Shown here: piece after piece, positions 48,355-58,131 of the stretch
Layout of the letters: the number at the start of each line of letters is the position of its first letter
Numbering within the stretch: position 1 is the stretch's first letter
Assembly: GCA_001189215.1 (NCBI GenBank)
Contig: LFCR01000002.1
Span: forward strand, 74,677 to 138,676
Reading direction: 5' to 3'
Source: Parcubacteria bacterium C7867-008
Lineage (GTDB): Bacteria; Patescibacteriota; Minisyncoccia; Phycocordibacterales; Phycocordibacteraceae
DNA: 64,000 nucleotides
The notes under the pieces: generated by a model
Told to the model about the DNA's origin: nothing
What the model saw: only the letters and a program-made list of their open reading frames with translations
Database searches by the model: none
Made by a program: the position numbers and the translations under genes

Positions 48355-48624
48355 ATGGCAATCACCGCAAACGCAAAGAAGGCACACCGCGCGTCCCTTA
48401 AGAAGCGCGTATTCAACGTACGTCGCAAGCGCGTCCTTACCAGCACCACTAAGGAAGCTCGTAAGCAGATCGCTCTTAACACTGCTGATGTTGCTACTTC
48501 ACTTTCTGAGGCATACAAGGCTATCGATAAAGCAGCAAAGCGCGGCATCATCAAGAAGAACACCGCGTCTCGCAAGAAGTCTCGTCTTGCACTAGCTCTT
48601 AAGCGCGCAACCGTAAAGGCATAA
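48355..48624 (+). CDS. rpsT: 30S ribosomal protein S20
   Basis: IDKAAKRGIIKKNTASRKKSRL. Confidence 0.97.
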   Translation: MAITANAKKAHRASLKKRVFNVRRKRVLTSTTKEARKQIALNTADVATSLSEAYKAIDKAAKRGIIKKNTASRKKSRLALALKRATVKA

Positions 48625-48672
48625 GCCAAAAGAAAACAGCCCGGGGCAATGCCCCGGGCTGTTTTCTTTTGG

Positions 48673-50709
48673 CTATCGCTCAAGTCCGCCCCATTCAACC
48701 AAGGTGAATCCAGAACGTGCGAACGGTTTGAATGATTGTGGTTCGGGAAGAGAGGATGGTTTCTCCGAAAGGGGACTCCAGTCTAGGAACACACGCAGTG
48801 TGCTCTGTGGACGAGGAGATACCGTCATAGGAATGAATCGATTCATTTGTTCGGTAGTGAAGAAGGAAAGGCGATAGAACGGACTCTTTGTTTCAAGAAG
48901 CTTGGGGACCCAGAATGAACGCATATCATCCGATTCTTTTGCAGTGAGTCCAATCTTATTGAGTTCAGTACTCATAACCGTATCCAACTCATCACGAGTG
49001 ACCACAAACCCTTTCTTTTCGATTGGATAGGTTCCGTTTGCATGACCAGACCAGTAGATATATGGGTATGTCTTTGTCTTGCAGGCATCTTTTGCATACT
49101 CAGAACCAATCCTGTTGGTGTCTAGCGCAGCACAATCCGTGTACTCAGACTGAAGGTCTGTGAGTGAGCCATCTGGATGTGCGAGAACATTCCAACCGTT
49201 GTGATAGCTCGGAATATCAACATGGAATGAAGGAAGGCGAGGGAAGGAGAGTGTTACCTTGGTTGGGGTCTCTGGGTAGAGATACACCACCGGCTTACCG
49301 CAACCACCCCCACCAAGATACGTATGCTCAGCAATTCCCACCCATCGTCCCCATGGATCCTTGAAGAACATGATTGGATTCTGTTGAGCATACTTTTCGT
49401 ATTCAGTTGGCACGCGTATTGGGTCAGCAATTACGCGCGTGCCCTCAGGAGTAAACGTATCCGAGACATACGAATACGCATCATAGGTTTGCTTCAAATA
49501 GTGTTCAGTTTGGATAAGAGAAGTTCCTTTGCCTGGAGCAAACGTATATAGCTCTGCACCTTTCCAACTTCTACCCGTATCTACAAGATCAGACTCAAGA
49601 ATGTTTTTCACAGTGTAGCTCCACGAACTATTTGTCGTACCACATCCAAGAGGGAAGATATTTCCATAGGTTGCGTACATCGAAGGGACACTGTTGCCAG
49701 GTGAGACTTCTAGCTCACTGTATGAATCTTGATATCCGTCAGGTGTGGCAGGTTTGGTTGCAGTAGGGAGTAAATAGCTCTCGAAGCCTTTGAAACTAAG
49801 ATGGTAGGCGAATGAATTGCCGGCACTATCTTGAGCCACAAGAATCGTCGACTCACCGATTGCGTCTCGTAAAGTCTTTGTGTATGTCGCGAAGTCTATG
49901 CCAACCGGAGGTATTTCAGACATATTGAACTCTTCATCGGGAACAATATCCTCAACATCAATCTTTAGTGTATACAGCGAGAGCCCAGAAACTAATTCAG
50001 ATTGAATCTGTCTGCCGAACGATGCAGTGGTGGTTGAGAACTGCCGAACAAGACTAAGGGTGAAGACATCATTGATTGGAATAATTGCTGGGAAGTGCAC
50101 CGGAAGTGCATCAACACCGGTCACTACCTTTGGATTAACAAAACCAGGATTCGGGACCAGACCGAGTTTATCGTCATGGAGAACAAAGGTCTTATAGTCC
50201 TTCGTTGCAAATGTGTAGTAGGAAGGCAATTCAGGACCATCTGAGGGATACTCTGCGATCACAAGATGATACCCAGCATATTTCCCTGAAGGGATAATTC
50301 CATCTTCGAAGTATGAAATATATTCGCCAAGATGTGACGGATATTCAGGATCAACGTATGTTTCCATGAAAATGCCGTATCGGTCTGAGCTAACAGGAAA
50401 CGGTTCTTTTGCGAGGAGTGCCTGCACTCGAACGAGTTCTGTCGCTGCTATTGCAGCATCATATGGGATGTAGTTCTCATCACCCGTAGAAATCTCTCTA
50501 GGAGGACGGACACCTGTTGGAACTTCTATAGGTACGCTAACTATAGGAGAAGAACCTCGCATCTGGACCGCAACGTATGCGCCAATGCCAAGCACGATTA
50601 GTACTACAGCGATTGCCACCACACGAATAACCAAAACACGTTTGCTAAGAGGAGGTGTCTGAATTTCAGGAGAAACAGGCTGTTCGATCGGTTCAAGTGT
50701 TGGTTCCAT
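48673..50709 (-). CDS. Large membrane-anchored hypothetical protein
   Basis: N-terminal TM; C-terminal domain bounded by CGKPVVYLYP and VEWGG. Confidence 0.75.
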   Translation of the reverse strand: MEPTLEPIEQPVSPEIQTPPLSKRVLVIRVVAIAVVLIVLGIGAYVAVQMRGSSPIVSVPIEVPTGVRPPREISTGDENYIPYDAAIAATELVRVQALLAKEPFPVSSDRYGIFMETYVDPEYPSHLGEYISYFEDGIIPSGKYAGYHLVIAEYPSDGPELPSYYTFATKDYKTFVLHDDKLGLVPNPGFVNPKVVTGVDALPVHFPAIIPINDVFTLSLVRQFSTTTASFGRQIQSELVSGLSLYTLKIDVEDIVPDEEFNMSEIPPVGIDFATYTKTLRDAIGESTILVAQDSAGNSFAYHLSFKGFESYLLPTATKPATPDGYQDSYSELEVSPGNSVPSMYATYGNIFPLGCGTTNSSWSYTVKNILESDLVDTGRSWKGAELYTFAPGKGTSLIQTEHYLKQTYDAYSYVSDTFTPEGTRVIADPIRVPTEYEKYAQQNPIMFFKDPWGRWVGIAEHTYLGGGGCGKPVVYLYPETPTKVTLSFPRLPSFHVDIPSYHNGWNVLAHPDGSLTDLQSEYTDCAALDTNRIGSEYAKDACKTKTYPYIYWSGHANGTYPIEKKGFVVTRDELDTVMSTELNKIGLTAKESDDMRSFWVPKLLETKSPFYRLSFFTTEQMNRFIPMTVSPRPQSTLRVFLDWSPLSEKPSSLPEPQSFKPFARSGFTLVEWGGLER

Positions 50710-50770
50710 ATCACGACTATAGCACCGCATATGTACGGTTTACCCTACGTTCACTATGGGGTGTGTGATT

Positions 50771-50845
50771 TGGTGCTCCCGGCAGGAATCGAACCTACAT
50801 CGTATCCTCCGCAAGGATATGTCCTATCCATTGAACGACGGGAGC
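50771..50845 (-). tRNA. tRNA-Arg(GCG)
   Basis: GCTCCCG/CGGGAGC, TATCC-TT-GCG-GA-GGATA, encoded CCA. Confidence 0.93.
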
Positions 50846-50913
50846 AGTGAGAGACAAACAAAAAATGTTCGTCCCGTGCTGACTGTATCGTCTGAGAGCC
50901 CTATTTGCAAGAA

Positions 50914-51387
50914 TTAATGACGGAGCAGGTGCGTGATGCGATCGATCAATGAGTTTTCATGCATGCCCTCTGGAAGATGTTGTGAGACATACTCATATAC
51001 CTCAAGAGGATCATGATCGATGATCGGTATATAGATGTGTGGCGCAAAGAAGTGATTCGTCTTTATGGAGAGAGCAGGAGGGAGTGCATTGTCTATGTAT
51101 TCAAGTACTGAGAAGTCCACCATGTCCTTATAGAGGTACAAACTATTGTCTATACCCACGCCAGTATCATAAATAGCGAAGCGGTGGGTGCGTGGGTGCT
51201 TCGCTGCAGATAGACCAAGTGCTCCTGCTGCTGCAATAACAAGCAGACCGAGTAAGAGGTTGTTAAAGAGAATGCAGGCAACTGCTGCAGCAATTGCAAT
51301 GATACCGAGTGCCCAGTACCAATCTGCTCCTTTCTCTTCGAACACGTATTCCATTCCAAACCACTCGAATAGAGGCGTGTGAGGCAT
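50914..51387 (-). CDS. Conserved hypothetical membrane protein
   Basis: W..EY..EK..DWYW followed by two TMs. Confidence 0.75.
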   Translation of the reverse strand: MPHTPLFEWFGMEYVFEEKGADWYWALGIIAIAAAVACILFNNLLLGLLVIAAAGALGLSAAKHPRTHRFAIYDTGVGIDNSLYLYKDMVDFSVLEYIDNALPPALSIKTNHFFAPHIYIPIIDHDPLEVYEYVSQHLPEGMHENSLIDRITHLLRH

Positions 51388-51452
51388 GTTCGTATGATAG
51401 CACTGCGCGCGCTCTTGAAGCGCGCGCATGTGTATGTAGCACTATGTTTGTG

Positions 51453-51539
51453 CGGAGGGGGAGAGATTCGAACTCTCGGTCCCCGTAAAGAGACTCCTGT
51501 TTTCAAGACAGGTGCAATCGACCACTCTGCCACCCCTCC
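51453..51539 (-). tRNA. tRNA-Ser(TGA)
   Basis: GGAGGGG/CCCCTCC, CCTGT-CT-TGA-AA-ACAGG, long variable arm. Confidence 0.95.
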
Positions 51540-51646
51540 GTATCTTCCACGTATGAACGTGGTACGCGCATACTACCCTCATCTGTGTTCTAAATCCAGT
51601 ACTTGAGTGCGTGGTGGAGAACAGGTGTGTTTGCTAGGATACCTAT

Positions 51647-52405
51647 ATGAAATATCTCGGCATAGATTACGGCACCAAGAAAGTGGGTCTGGCCCTCTCA
51701 GACGATGGGGGTTCTATGGGATTTCCACACAGTGTTATGCCCAATGACACACGCCTGTTCGACGTGATTGTACATCTAATTGCCAAGGAAAAGGTTGAAG
51801 CAGTGGTGATGGGGGAGTCCCGAGATTTCTCTGGAGCAGAGAATCCCGTAGCGCAGGAGGCACGTGCATTTGCTACGCGTCTTGTTGAAGCAGGTACCCC
51901 CGTGCACTTCGAGCCTGAGATGCTAACCACCCAAGAAGCCCGTAGAGATTTTGAAGGAGTACGTACGAACGGACATTCAATTGTTGATTCCTCAGCAGCA
52001 GCACTTATCCTCACAAGTTTTCTTTCCCGCACACCTGCACCCACACTTGTTGAAGAAGTTCCTACTAGCAAGCCACAGATTTCAATAGATGATTTTCTCA
52101 AGATTGAAGTGAAGATGGGTGTGGTCCGTACGGCTGAACGAGTTGAGGACACAGACAAACTTCTTCGTCTCACCGTGGATTTCAATGAACCTGCTGGACC
52201 CCGTCAGATTGTTTCGGGTATCGCTATGTATGTTGAGACACCAGAATCATTGGTTGGTAGACAACTCGCATTTGTTACAAACTTGAAGCCACGCACCATT
52301 AAAGGTCTAGAGTCTAACGGTATGCTCTTTGCTGTTGGAGAAGGGGATACGTTTGCGTTTGTAACCCCAGATCGTGAAGTACCGCCCGGTACTGCCGCAC
52401 ACTAA
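51647..52405 (+). CDS. ruvX: YqgF/RuvX nuclease fused to tRNA-binding OB domain (Trbp111/MetG C-terminal-like)
   Basis: YLGIDYGTKKVGLA...E.LTT...DSSAAALIL, then IDDFLKIEVKMG...DKLL...RQIVSGI...NLKPR...SNGM. Confidence 0.88.
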   Translation: MKYLGIDYGTKKVGLALSDDGGSMGFPHSVMPNDTRLFDVIVHLIAKEKVEAVVMGESRDFSGAENPVAQEARAFATRLVEAGTPVHFEPEMLTTQEARRDFEGVRTNGHSIVDSSAAALILTSFLSRTPAPTLVEEVPTSKPQISIDDFLKIEVKMGVVRTAERVEDTDKLLRLTVDFNEPAGPRQIVSGIAMYVETPESLVGRQLAFVTNLKPRTIKGLESNGMLFAVGEGDTFAFVTPDREVPPGTAAH

Positions 52406-52466
52406 TTCATATTTGTAGGTATAACGTTGTGCCAACTGTCCACTCGGCGCGCTATACTAGGCGGTA

Positions 52467-53552
52467 ATGAAGCATTCGCTTGCACACTTCGCACGTATTG
52501 AGTTCGCTCCTCCGGATTATCTTGCGCTACCCACTGCAGGGATGGATATATCAGCGAGTGGTATTAAGACGGTAATGCTTAAAGAGCGCCTCCATGGACT
52601 TGAGGTATCAGCGATATCTGAAGAACGTCTTCCTGCTGGAGTGATTCAGAACGGTGAGATTGCAGATCACGTCACCCTCACAAAAGCCTTGGCAGTAGTT
52701 GCCGCACGTCACGGTATACGCCGAGCAAATATCACGCTCCCAGAAGCGCGCGGGTATCTATTCGAAGCTGACGCAACAGGGAAAAGCAGAAAGTTCTGGC
52801 GCACCAGCGTTGAACAGCATCTTGATGAGTATGTACCGCTCCCTCCTGCTGAAGTGGCATTTGATGTTGCACCACTCACCGTGAAGGGTGATGAGGTGCA
52901 CGTGGTTGGTATTGGATACGCACGCCGTGTTGCAGATGCTGCGGTGCAAGTATTTGAAGATGCGGGCATCGAGGTGCGCGCACTTGAAAGTGAAACGTTT
53001 GCGCTTCCACGAGCGATCCTTCCACACGGAGACACAGAAACCGTAATGGTTATTGATATTGGTAAGACCACAACCAAACTTCTAGTGGTGTCTCACCGAC
53101 TTCCACGTTTTGCAACAACACTTGATGTGGGAGGACATGCTCTTACTCTCGCCGTACAGAAACACTTTGGGGTTACCGAGGAAGAAGCAAAGCGTGTGAA
53201 AGCAGAACAAGGTTTGGTGGCAGGTGCAGAGAATGCGGAGTACCAGGCAGCAATGCTTTCAACCGTATCGGTTATTCGCGAAGAGATCGTTCGGCGTCTT
53301 GATTACTGGCAGAGTAGGGCAGGACAGATTCCTGCGCATGAGCCGGTAACCCGCGCGATTCTAGTCGGAGGTAATGCAACGGTACGCGGTCTTCCAGAGT
53401 ATCTTGGTGCCTCACTCAAGATTCCGGTTGAACTTGGGGATATATTCAAGAACCTCGCATCACGTGACGAGTGGTTACCCCCAATTGATTACATGGAATC
53501 ACTAGCCTATGGCACTGCAGTAGGGCTCGCACTACGAGAACATGTCGACTGA
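52467..53552 (+). CDS. pilM: Type IV pilus assembly protein PilM
   Basis: GMDIS, IDIG..TT, LVGGNA..RGL, TAVGLALR. Confidence 0.9.
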   Translation: MKHSLAHFARIEFAPPDYLALPTAGMDISASGIKTVMLKERLHGLEVSAISEERLPAGVIQNGEIADHVTLTKALAVVAARHGIRRANITLPEARGYLFEADATGKSRKFWRTSVEQHLDEYVPLPPAEVAFDVAPLTVKGDEVHVVGIGYARRVADAAVQVFEDAGIEVRALESETFALPRAILPHGDTETVMVIDIGKTTTKLLVVSHRLPRFATTLDVGGHALTLAVQKHFGVTEEEAKRVKAEQGLVAGAENAEYQAAMLSTVSVIREEIVRRLDYWQSRAGQIPAHEPVTRAILVGGNATVRGLPEYLGASLKIPVELGDIFKNLASRDEWLPPIDYMESLAYGTAVGLALREHVD

Positions 53553-54102
53553 ACTCACTAATCTTCTTACGCGTTCACATGCAAAAGCGTTTAAGCGTGA
53601 TTATCTTCTGCGTGTCGCAGCATTTGCATTGTTCATGTTTATCGTACTTATTGTGATTCATGGTCTGCTACTGGTACCAAGCTACATGTATGCACATACA
53701 GAAACAGTGAGGCAGACAAAGCAGCTCGCAGGTCTCGATGCGAGCCTTCAGACGTCAGAAGAGAAGGAGGTTCGTGCGCGTCTATCAAGTCTTACCGATA
53801 ACGTAACGTATCTAAATCGCCTTGCTACCACTACGGCTGCGAGTGACGTGGTGCGCAGACTTCTTGAAGTTCCACGGGGAGGTATTCAACTCTCTGGTTT
53901 CACGTATGCACCTGCTGGTGCTAAAGATAGTGCACGTATGACACTTTCAGGTGTTGCTGCCTCAAGAGATACACTACGAGCATATGCATTAGCTCTTGGG
54001 CAACTTCCGTTTGTTACGAATGCTGATCTCCCAATCAGTGCCTATGCAAAGGAAGTTGAGATTCCATTCACCATCACCCTTACGGGAACTCTAAAGCCAT
54101 GA
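53542..54102 (+). CDS. pilN: PilN-like protein
   Basis: TNLL, TM, LSGVAASRD.L; operon position. Confidence 0.75.
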   Translation: MSTELTNLLTRSHAKAFKRDYLLRVAAFALFMFIVLIVIHGLLLVPSYMYAHTETVRQTKQLAGLDASLQTSEEKEVRARLSSLTDNVTYLNRLATTTAASDVVRRLLEVPRGGIQLSGFTYAPAGAKDSARMTLSGVAASRDTLRAYALALGQLPFVTNADLPISAYAKEVEIPFTITLTGTLKP

Positions 54103-54641
54103 AAAAGCCTCTAACACACCTCATCATAGCTGGCATACTCCTGCTCATTGCAGTAGGAGCGTACGGAGTCTGGTTCGTAATGGTTGATACTGAGAATGCT
54201 AAAGCTCGTGCACTTGCTACAGAAATTGAAACAAAGAGCCAAGATGCGTCACGCATCGCTGAGGCAAAAGCAGCTCTTGCTGCACTCGCTCTGAATGAGA
54301 CCGCTGTCTCCTCACACTTCATATCACCAAATGATGTGGTGCCGTTTCTCGGTAGCTTGGGCAGTACCGGTGCAGCACTTGGTTCTAAAGTGGATGTGGT
54401 GTCTGTGGGTGCAGACCCTGTTAGCTCAGGGCAGGGACATCTCACGCTCTCCATTCGTATTACCGGCAGCTTCGATGCCGTACTTCGTACCCTTGGAGCA
54501 TTTGAATACGCACCATACGATGTTTCGCTCTCAAACCTTTCTTTTGATAGAAGTGGAGAATCTGGTTGGTCCGCAGCGGTAACACTGAGGGTGGGTACCG
54601 GACCGGTAGCAGCAAAACCACCTGTAAAACCAGCATCATGA
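54099..54641 (+). CDS. pilO: PilO-like protein
   Basis: TM, coiled coil, ITGSFDAVLR.L..FE; operon position. Confidence 0.7.
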   Translation: MKKPLTHLIIAGILLLIAVGAYGVWFVMVDTENAKARALATEIETKSQDASRIAEAKAALAALALNETAVSSHFISPNDVVPFLGSLGSTGAALGSKVDVVSVGADPVSSGQGHLTLSIRITGSFDAVLRTLGAFEYAPYDVSLSNLSFDRSGESGWSAAVTLRVGTGPVAAKPPVKPAS

Positions 54642-54976
54642 AACTGACCCTTCCTAAATTCTCAAAGAACTCTGCCGGTGCATTTAAGTATGGCGACCGT
54701 CTTAACCCATCACGCGATTGGTTTATACTCGTCACTATTTTTGTAGTACTTCTTCTTGCGAGCCTTGCTTGGAATGTATGGCTCTTTGATCGTGTAACCA
54801 AAGGTGATGCAATAGGAAACGCCTCTGCACCCGCGCCACTTAACCCCGCATCCATTGATTCTGTGCAGGCATTGTTCGAAGCGAGAGCGATAAAAGAAAC
54901 TGACTACAAGAACACTCATTTTGTAGACCCTTCCGTATCTAGTGCCCCTAGTGCTAGTGTTGAAGTGCCCCTATAG
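54638..54976 (+). CDS. Small membrane protein ending the pilMNO operon (PilP position)
   Basis: ATG 54638 overlapping pilO stop; one TM; stop codon inside tRNA-Arg 5' end. Confidence 0.6.
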   Translation: MKLTLPKFSKNSAGAFKYGDRLNPSRDWFILVTIFVVLLLASLAWNVWLFDRVTKGDAIGNASAPAPLNPASIDSVQALFEARAIKETDYKNTHFVDPSVSSAPSASVEVPL

Positions 54977-55041
54977 CTCAATGGATAGAGCAGGAGACTT
55001 CTAAGCTCTTGATCTAGGTTCGATTCCTGGTGGGGGCACCA
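54967..55041 (+). tRNA. tRNA-Arg(TCT)
   Basis: GCCCCTA/TGGGGGC, CT-TCT-AA loop, encoded CCA. Confidence 0.92.
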
Positions 55042-55114
55042 TTGACCGATTTTCAATAGAGTGTTTGAATCCATCCAGACGTTTTCACCTGTTACCCGTT
55101 GAAAGGGGTTAAGA

Positions 55115-55585
55115 ATGGTCACGCTCGATAGGCTTCAAGATATCGCAGATCGTACTGCGAGCCTTTTTGTCGGCAAGAATCAGCTTGTACGGCATGGATT
55201 GCTCATGGCCGCGGAAGATGCTTCTTGGCACGCGGAAGAAGGGTTTCGATATGCCTCATTGGCTGGCACTCCCTTCGCTGATACGCTTGCCCAACTGACC
55301 AGGAATTCTTTGGATGGTATCGAGATCGATCTCGTCGATGTCGACAACATTCCCATACACAGACACATGAAGAGTGACATCACGCTGGTTGTACTGCCGG
55401 ACTCCATGGGCCAGGGCTGGTTTGAACTGAATCGTCGGTGGAACAGAATCTACCAGAATCAGGTCATCACTCTTCCGAAGGGCGCGCTGCACGGGTTCAC
55501 CTCGATGAATCCAAACACCCGACTTGGTCTGCTCGGCTTCAACTACCCGCCGATCGGAGATGATGACACGATATTCCTCTCGTAG
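55115..55585 (+). CDS. Cupin domain protein
   Basis: PIHRH..SD and LPKGALHGF cupin motifs. Confidence 0.7.
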   Translation: MVTLDRLQDIADRTASLFVGKNQLVRHGLLMAAEDASWHAEEGFRYASLAGTPFADTLAQLTRNSLDGIEIDLVDVDNIPIHRHMKSDITLVVLPDSMGQGWFELNRRWNRIYQNQVITLPKGALHGFTSMNPNTRLGLLGFNYPPIGDDDTIFLS

Positions 55586-55693
55586 ATCGGACACCGCTAC
55601 ACGAGAAAGGAGGGCAGTCGCTTGCGACTAGCCCTCTTTTTCTTTTCCACAAAAGAAAACACCCAGGAGTACTCCTGGGTGTTTTCTTTCTAG

Positions 55694-55766
55694 TGCGGGC
55701 TGAGGGACTTGAACCCCCGACCATTCGAGTGTAAATCGAGTGCTCTACCAACTGAGCTAAGCCCGC
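55694..55766 (-). tRNA. tRNA-Val(TAC)
   Basis: GCGGGCT/AGCCCGC, TCGA-TT-TAC-AC-TCGA. Confidence 0.93.
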
Positions 55767-55824
55767 CTACCAGCTACCATACCGCATACCAGGGTTTTTT
55801 TGAAGTATGTGCTAGGGTACCGAT

Positions 55825-56556
55825 ATGAATCTCCCCGTTATTTATGAAGACGACGCCATTGTGGCAATAGATAAGCCGATCGGTGTGATGACACATCCGG
55901 ATGGTCATTCTACAGATGAAACCGTTAGTGACTGGTTTGCTAAGCACTATCCAGCCTCTGCAGAGGTGGGGGAAACACAGCGCCTGCAGAATGGTACTGA
56001 GATACTTCGTGCAGGTATCGTGCATCGTCTGGACCGCGACACTTCAGGTGTGATGATTCTCACCAAGACTCCCGAAGCGCACGCTTTCTATAAAGAAGCA
56101 TTCCAGGAACATTCAATACAGAAAACCTATCTTGCGTTTGTGTACGGAACAATGAAAGAAGAGAAGGGAACCATCAATCTCCCTATCGGGCGTTCTGCCA
56201 CAGACTTCCGTTTGCGTTCCGCACAGCGTGGTTCGAAAGGATTACGCCGTGACGCAATCACGCATTATCAAGTGGTGGGGGACATTGGCACACACTCTCT
56301 TATCAAAGCGATGCCACAGACCGGACGCACCCATCAGATTCGTGTGCACCTGAAGGCAGTGCACCACCCAATCGTGTGCGATCCACTCTACGCCCCTAAC
56401 CAGAAATGCGATCTTGGTTTCAAGCGACTAGGGCTTCATGCATACAAGCTTGAGCTACCGTTATTGTCTGGTGAATCAATTACTATTACCGCACCCGTAC
56501 CACTAGAGCTACAAGCTGCTATAGCAATGTTTCCGAATACTGAAGACCTTCTTTAA
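55825..56556 (+). CDS. RluA-family pseudouridine synthase
   Basis: IDKP.G, HRLDRDTSG, TGRTHQIRVH, LHAY. Confidence 0.93.
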   Translation: MNLPVIYEDDAIVAIDKPIGVMTHPDGHSTDETVSDWFAKHYPASAEVGETQRLQNGTEILRAGIVHRLDRDTSGVMILTKTPEAHAFYKEAFQEHSIQKTYLAFVYGTMKEEKGTINLPIGRSATDFRLRSAQRGSKGLRRDAITHYQVVGDIGTHSLIKAMPQTGRTHQIRVHLKAVHHPIVCDPLYAPNQKCDLGFKRLGLHAYKLELPLLSGESITITAPVPLELQAAIAMFPNTEDLL

Positions 56557-56613
56557 AAGAGGGAGGCGACGACCGTGGTGGTCGCCGCCTCAAACGAACT
56601 TGCGCCATCTTGC

Positions 56614-57279
56614 TCACCCTAAGGCTCGCAGGTACTCCACTGCCTTAACAACTGCCTGTTCTCGATGATTTAGCTTGTCTTCCTTTTCATGAGGAGGAAA
56701 TTGTTCACCAATTCCCATGAGCAGACCCCAACTGTCGACAAACATGAGGGATGCAAACGGGAACCCTTCAATACGCATCTGGTCTGGTTGTTCCAGTACG
56801 TGACCATCGAGAGAACCTTCGAACATGACGGGCTCAACGATCGTGCCATCTTCGTTGAGTATGGTCATGGCAAGAACCGTACGCGCTTGGATGGTTCGGT
56901 CTTCGCCGGTGAGTGTGATCATCTGCGCGATGGCGTAGCTGATGATCTCTTCATCGCCCATGCGGGTCTCACCATCCCGCCAGCGTCGAACGAAGATACC
57001 TGGCGCTCCACCTAACGCCTTGATAAAGAAGCCGGTGTCGTCCGAGAGGATGAAGACCCGCTTTCCAACAAGAGCAGGATGTCCTAGAAGCGCCCTGGCA
57101 TATGCTCGCACCTTGATCTCAGCGTTCTGGCCAAGATTCGTTCCGGTCTCCTGAACATCGGTCTCGCAGCCGAGATCCTCAGGAGATAGAACCTCGAACC
57201 CGAGATGCTCGAGGATGCTTCGCATCTCCAGGATCTTGCCCGGATTACTGGTTGCGTATAGTAAGGTGTTTTGGGACAT
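56614..57279 (-). CDS. Ham1/RdgB-family non-canonical purine NTP pyrophosphatase, divergent
   Basis: ATSNPGK..E, ETG....NA..K, DDTG..I.ALGGAPG, NHR..A; GGAG SD. Confidence 0.85.
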   Translation of the reverse strand: MSQNTLLYATSNPGKILEMRSILEHLGFEVLSPEDLGCETDVQETGTNLGQNAEIKVRAYARALLGHPALVGKRVFILSDDTGFFIKALGGAPGIFVRRWRDGETRMGDEEIISYAIAQMITLTGEDRTIQARTVLAMTILNEDGTIVEPVMFEGSLDGHVLEQPDQMRIEGFPFASLMFVDSWGLLMGIGEQFPPHEKEDKLNHREQAVVKAVEYLRALG

Positions 57280-57376
57280 GATTTACTCCGTGAATGGGTC
57301 CACAGGGATACTATACCGTCCAGAGAAAGCGTCTAGTTTTGCTTTTATACAGGCCGTGTGGTAGATTTTGCCTACT

Positions 57377-57949
57377 ATGAATTCCGTTATAACTCCCGTA
57401 AAGACGGCGGAGCGCACCAGCCTTGGTATCCGCCCAGGTGACACTGTACGTGTACACCAGAACATTGTTGAGAAGGGTAAGACCCGAACTCAGGTGTTCG
57501 AAGGTCTCGTTATTGCTGTAAAGCACGGCACTGAGGCAGGTGCTTCGTTCACCGTCCGCGCAACCCTTTCAGGTGTTGGTGTTGAGCGTATTTTCCCACT
57601 CTTCGCTCCATTTATCTCTAAAATCGAGATCGTGCGCCGTTCTAAGGTTCGTCGCGCTAAGCTTTACTTCATCCGTGAGAAGGTTGCTCGTGAGGTACGT
57701 CGTCAGCTTCGCAACATGCGCATGGTAAAGATGTCTACCGACGACTTCAAGGAGGAAGAGATTCCTGCTGAAGCAGCACCTGTAGAAGTCGAGGAAGTAA
57801 TGGAGATGGATCCAGCACAGACTTCAGAAGGTGCAGACATGACTCCTGCAGAAGAGGAAGTAGGTACACCTGAAGCTCCTGTTGTTGAGGAAATGTCAGT
57901 TGATGCTCCTACAGAGGAACCAGCAGTTGAAGAAGAGAAAGCTGCGTAA
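57377..57949 (+). CDS. rplS: 50S ribosomal protein L19 with acidic C-terminal extension
   Basis: GDTVRV, R.Q.FEG.VI, GVGVERIFP, KVRRAKLY. Confidence 0.96.
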   Translation: MNSVITPVKTAERTSLGIRPGDTVRVHQNIVEKGKTRTQVFEGLVIAVKHGTEAGASFTVRATLSGVGVERIFPLFAPFISKIEIVRRSKVRRAKLYFIREKVAREVRRQLRNMRMVKMSTDDFKEEEIPAEAAPVEVEEVMEMDPAQTSEGADMTPAEEEVGTPEAPVVEEMSVDAPTEEPAVEEEKAA

Positions 57950-58039
57950 GCTTTGATAAAAAGAAAGGGCCGCTCTAAGCGGCCCTTTCTTTTTATCTTT
58001 TCATTCCGTATAGTGGAAAAATCCCGTGAGGGAACACCT

Positions 58040-58121
58040 GCCCAGGTGTTGAAATTGGTAGACAAGCATCCTTGAGGTGGATGTGCCGCAAGGCGTGGAG
58101 GTTCAAGTCCTCTCCTGGGCA
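58040..58121 (+). tRNA. tRNA-Leu(GAG)
   Basis: GCCCAGG/CCTGGGC, CATCC-TT-GAG-GT-GGATG, variable arm. Confidence 0.95.
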
Positions 58122-58131
58122 CCGAAAACAT

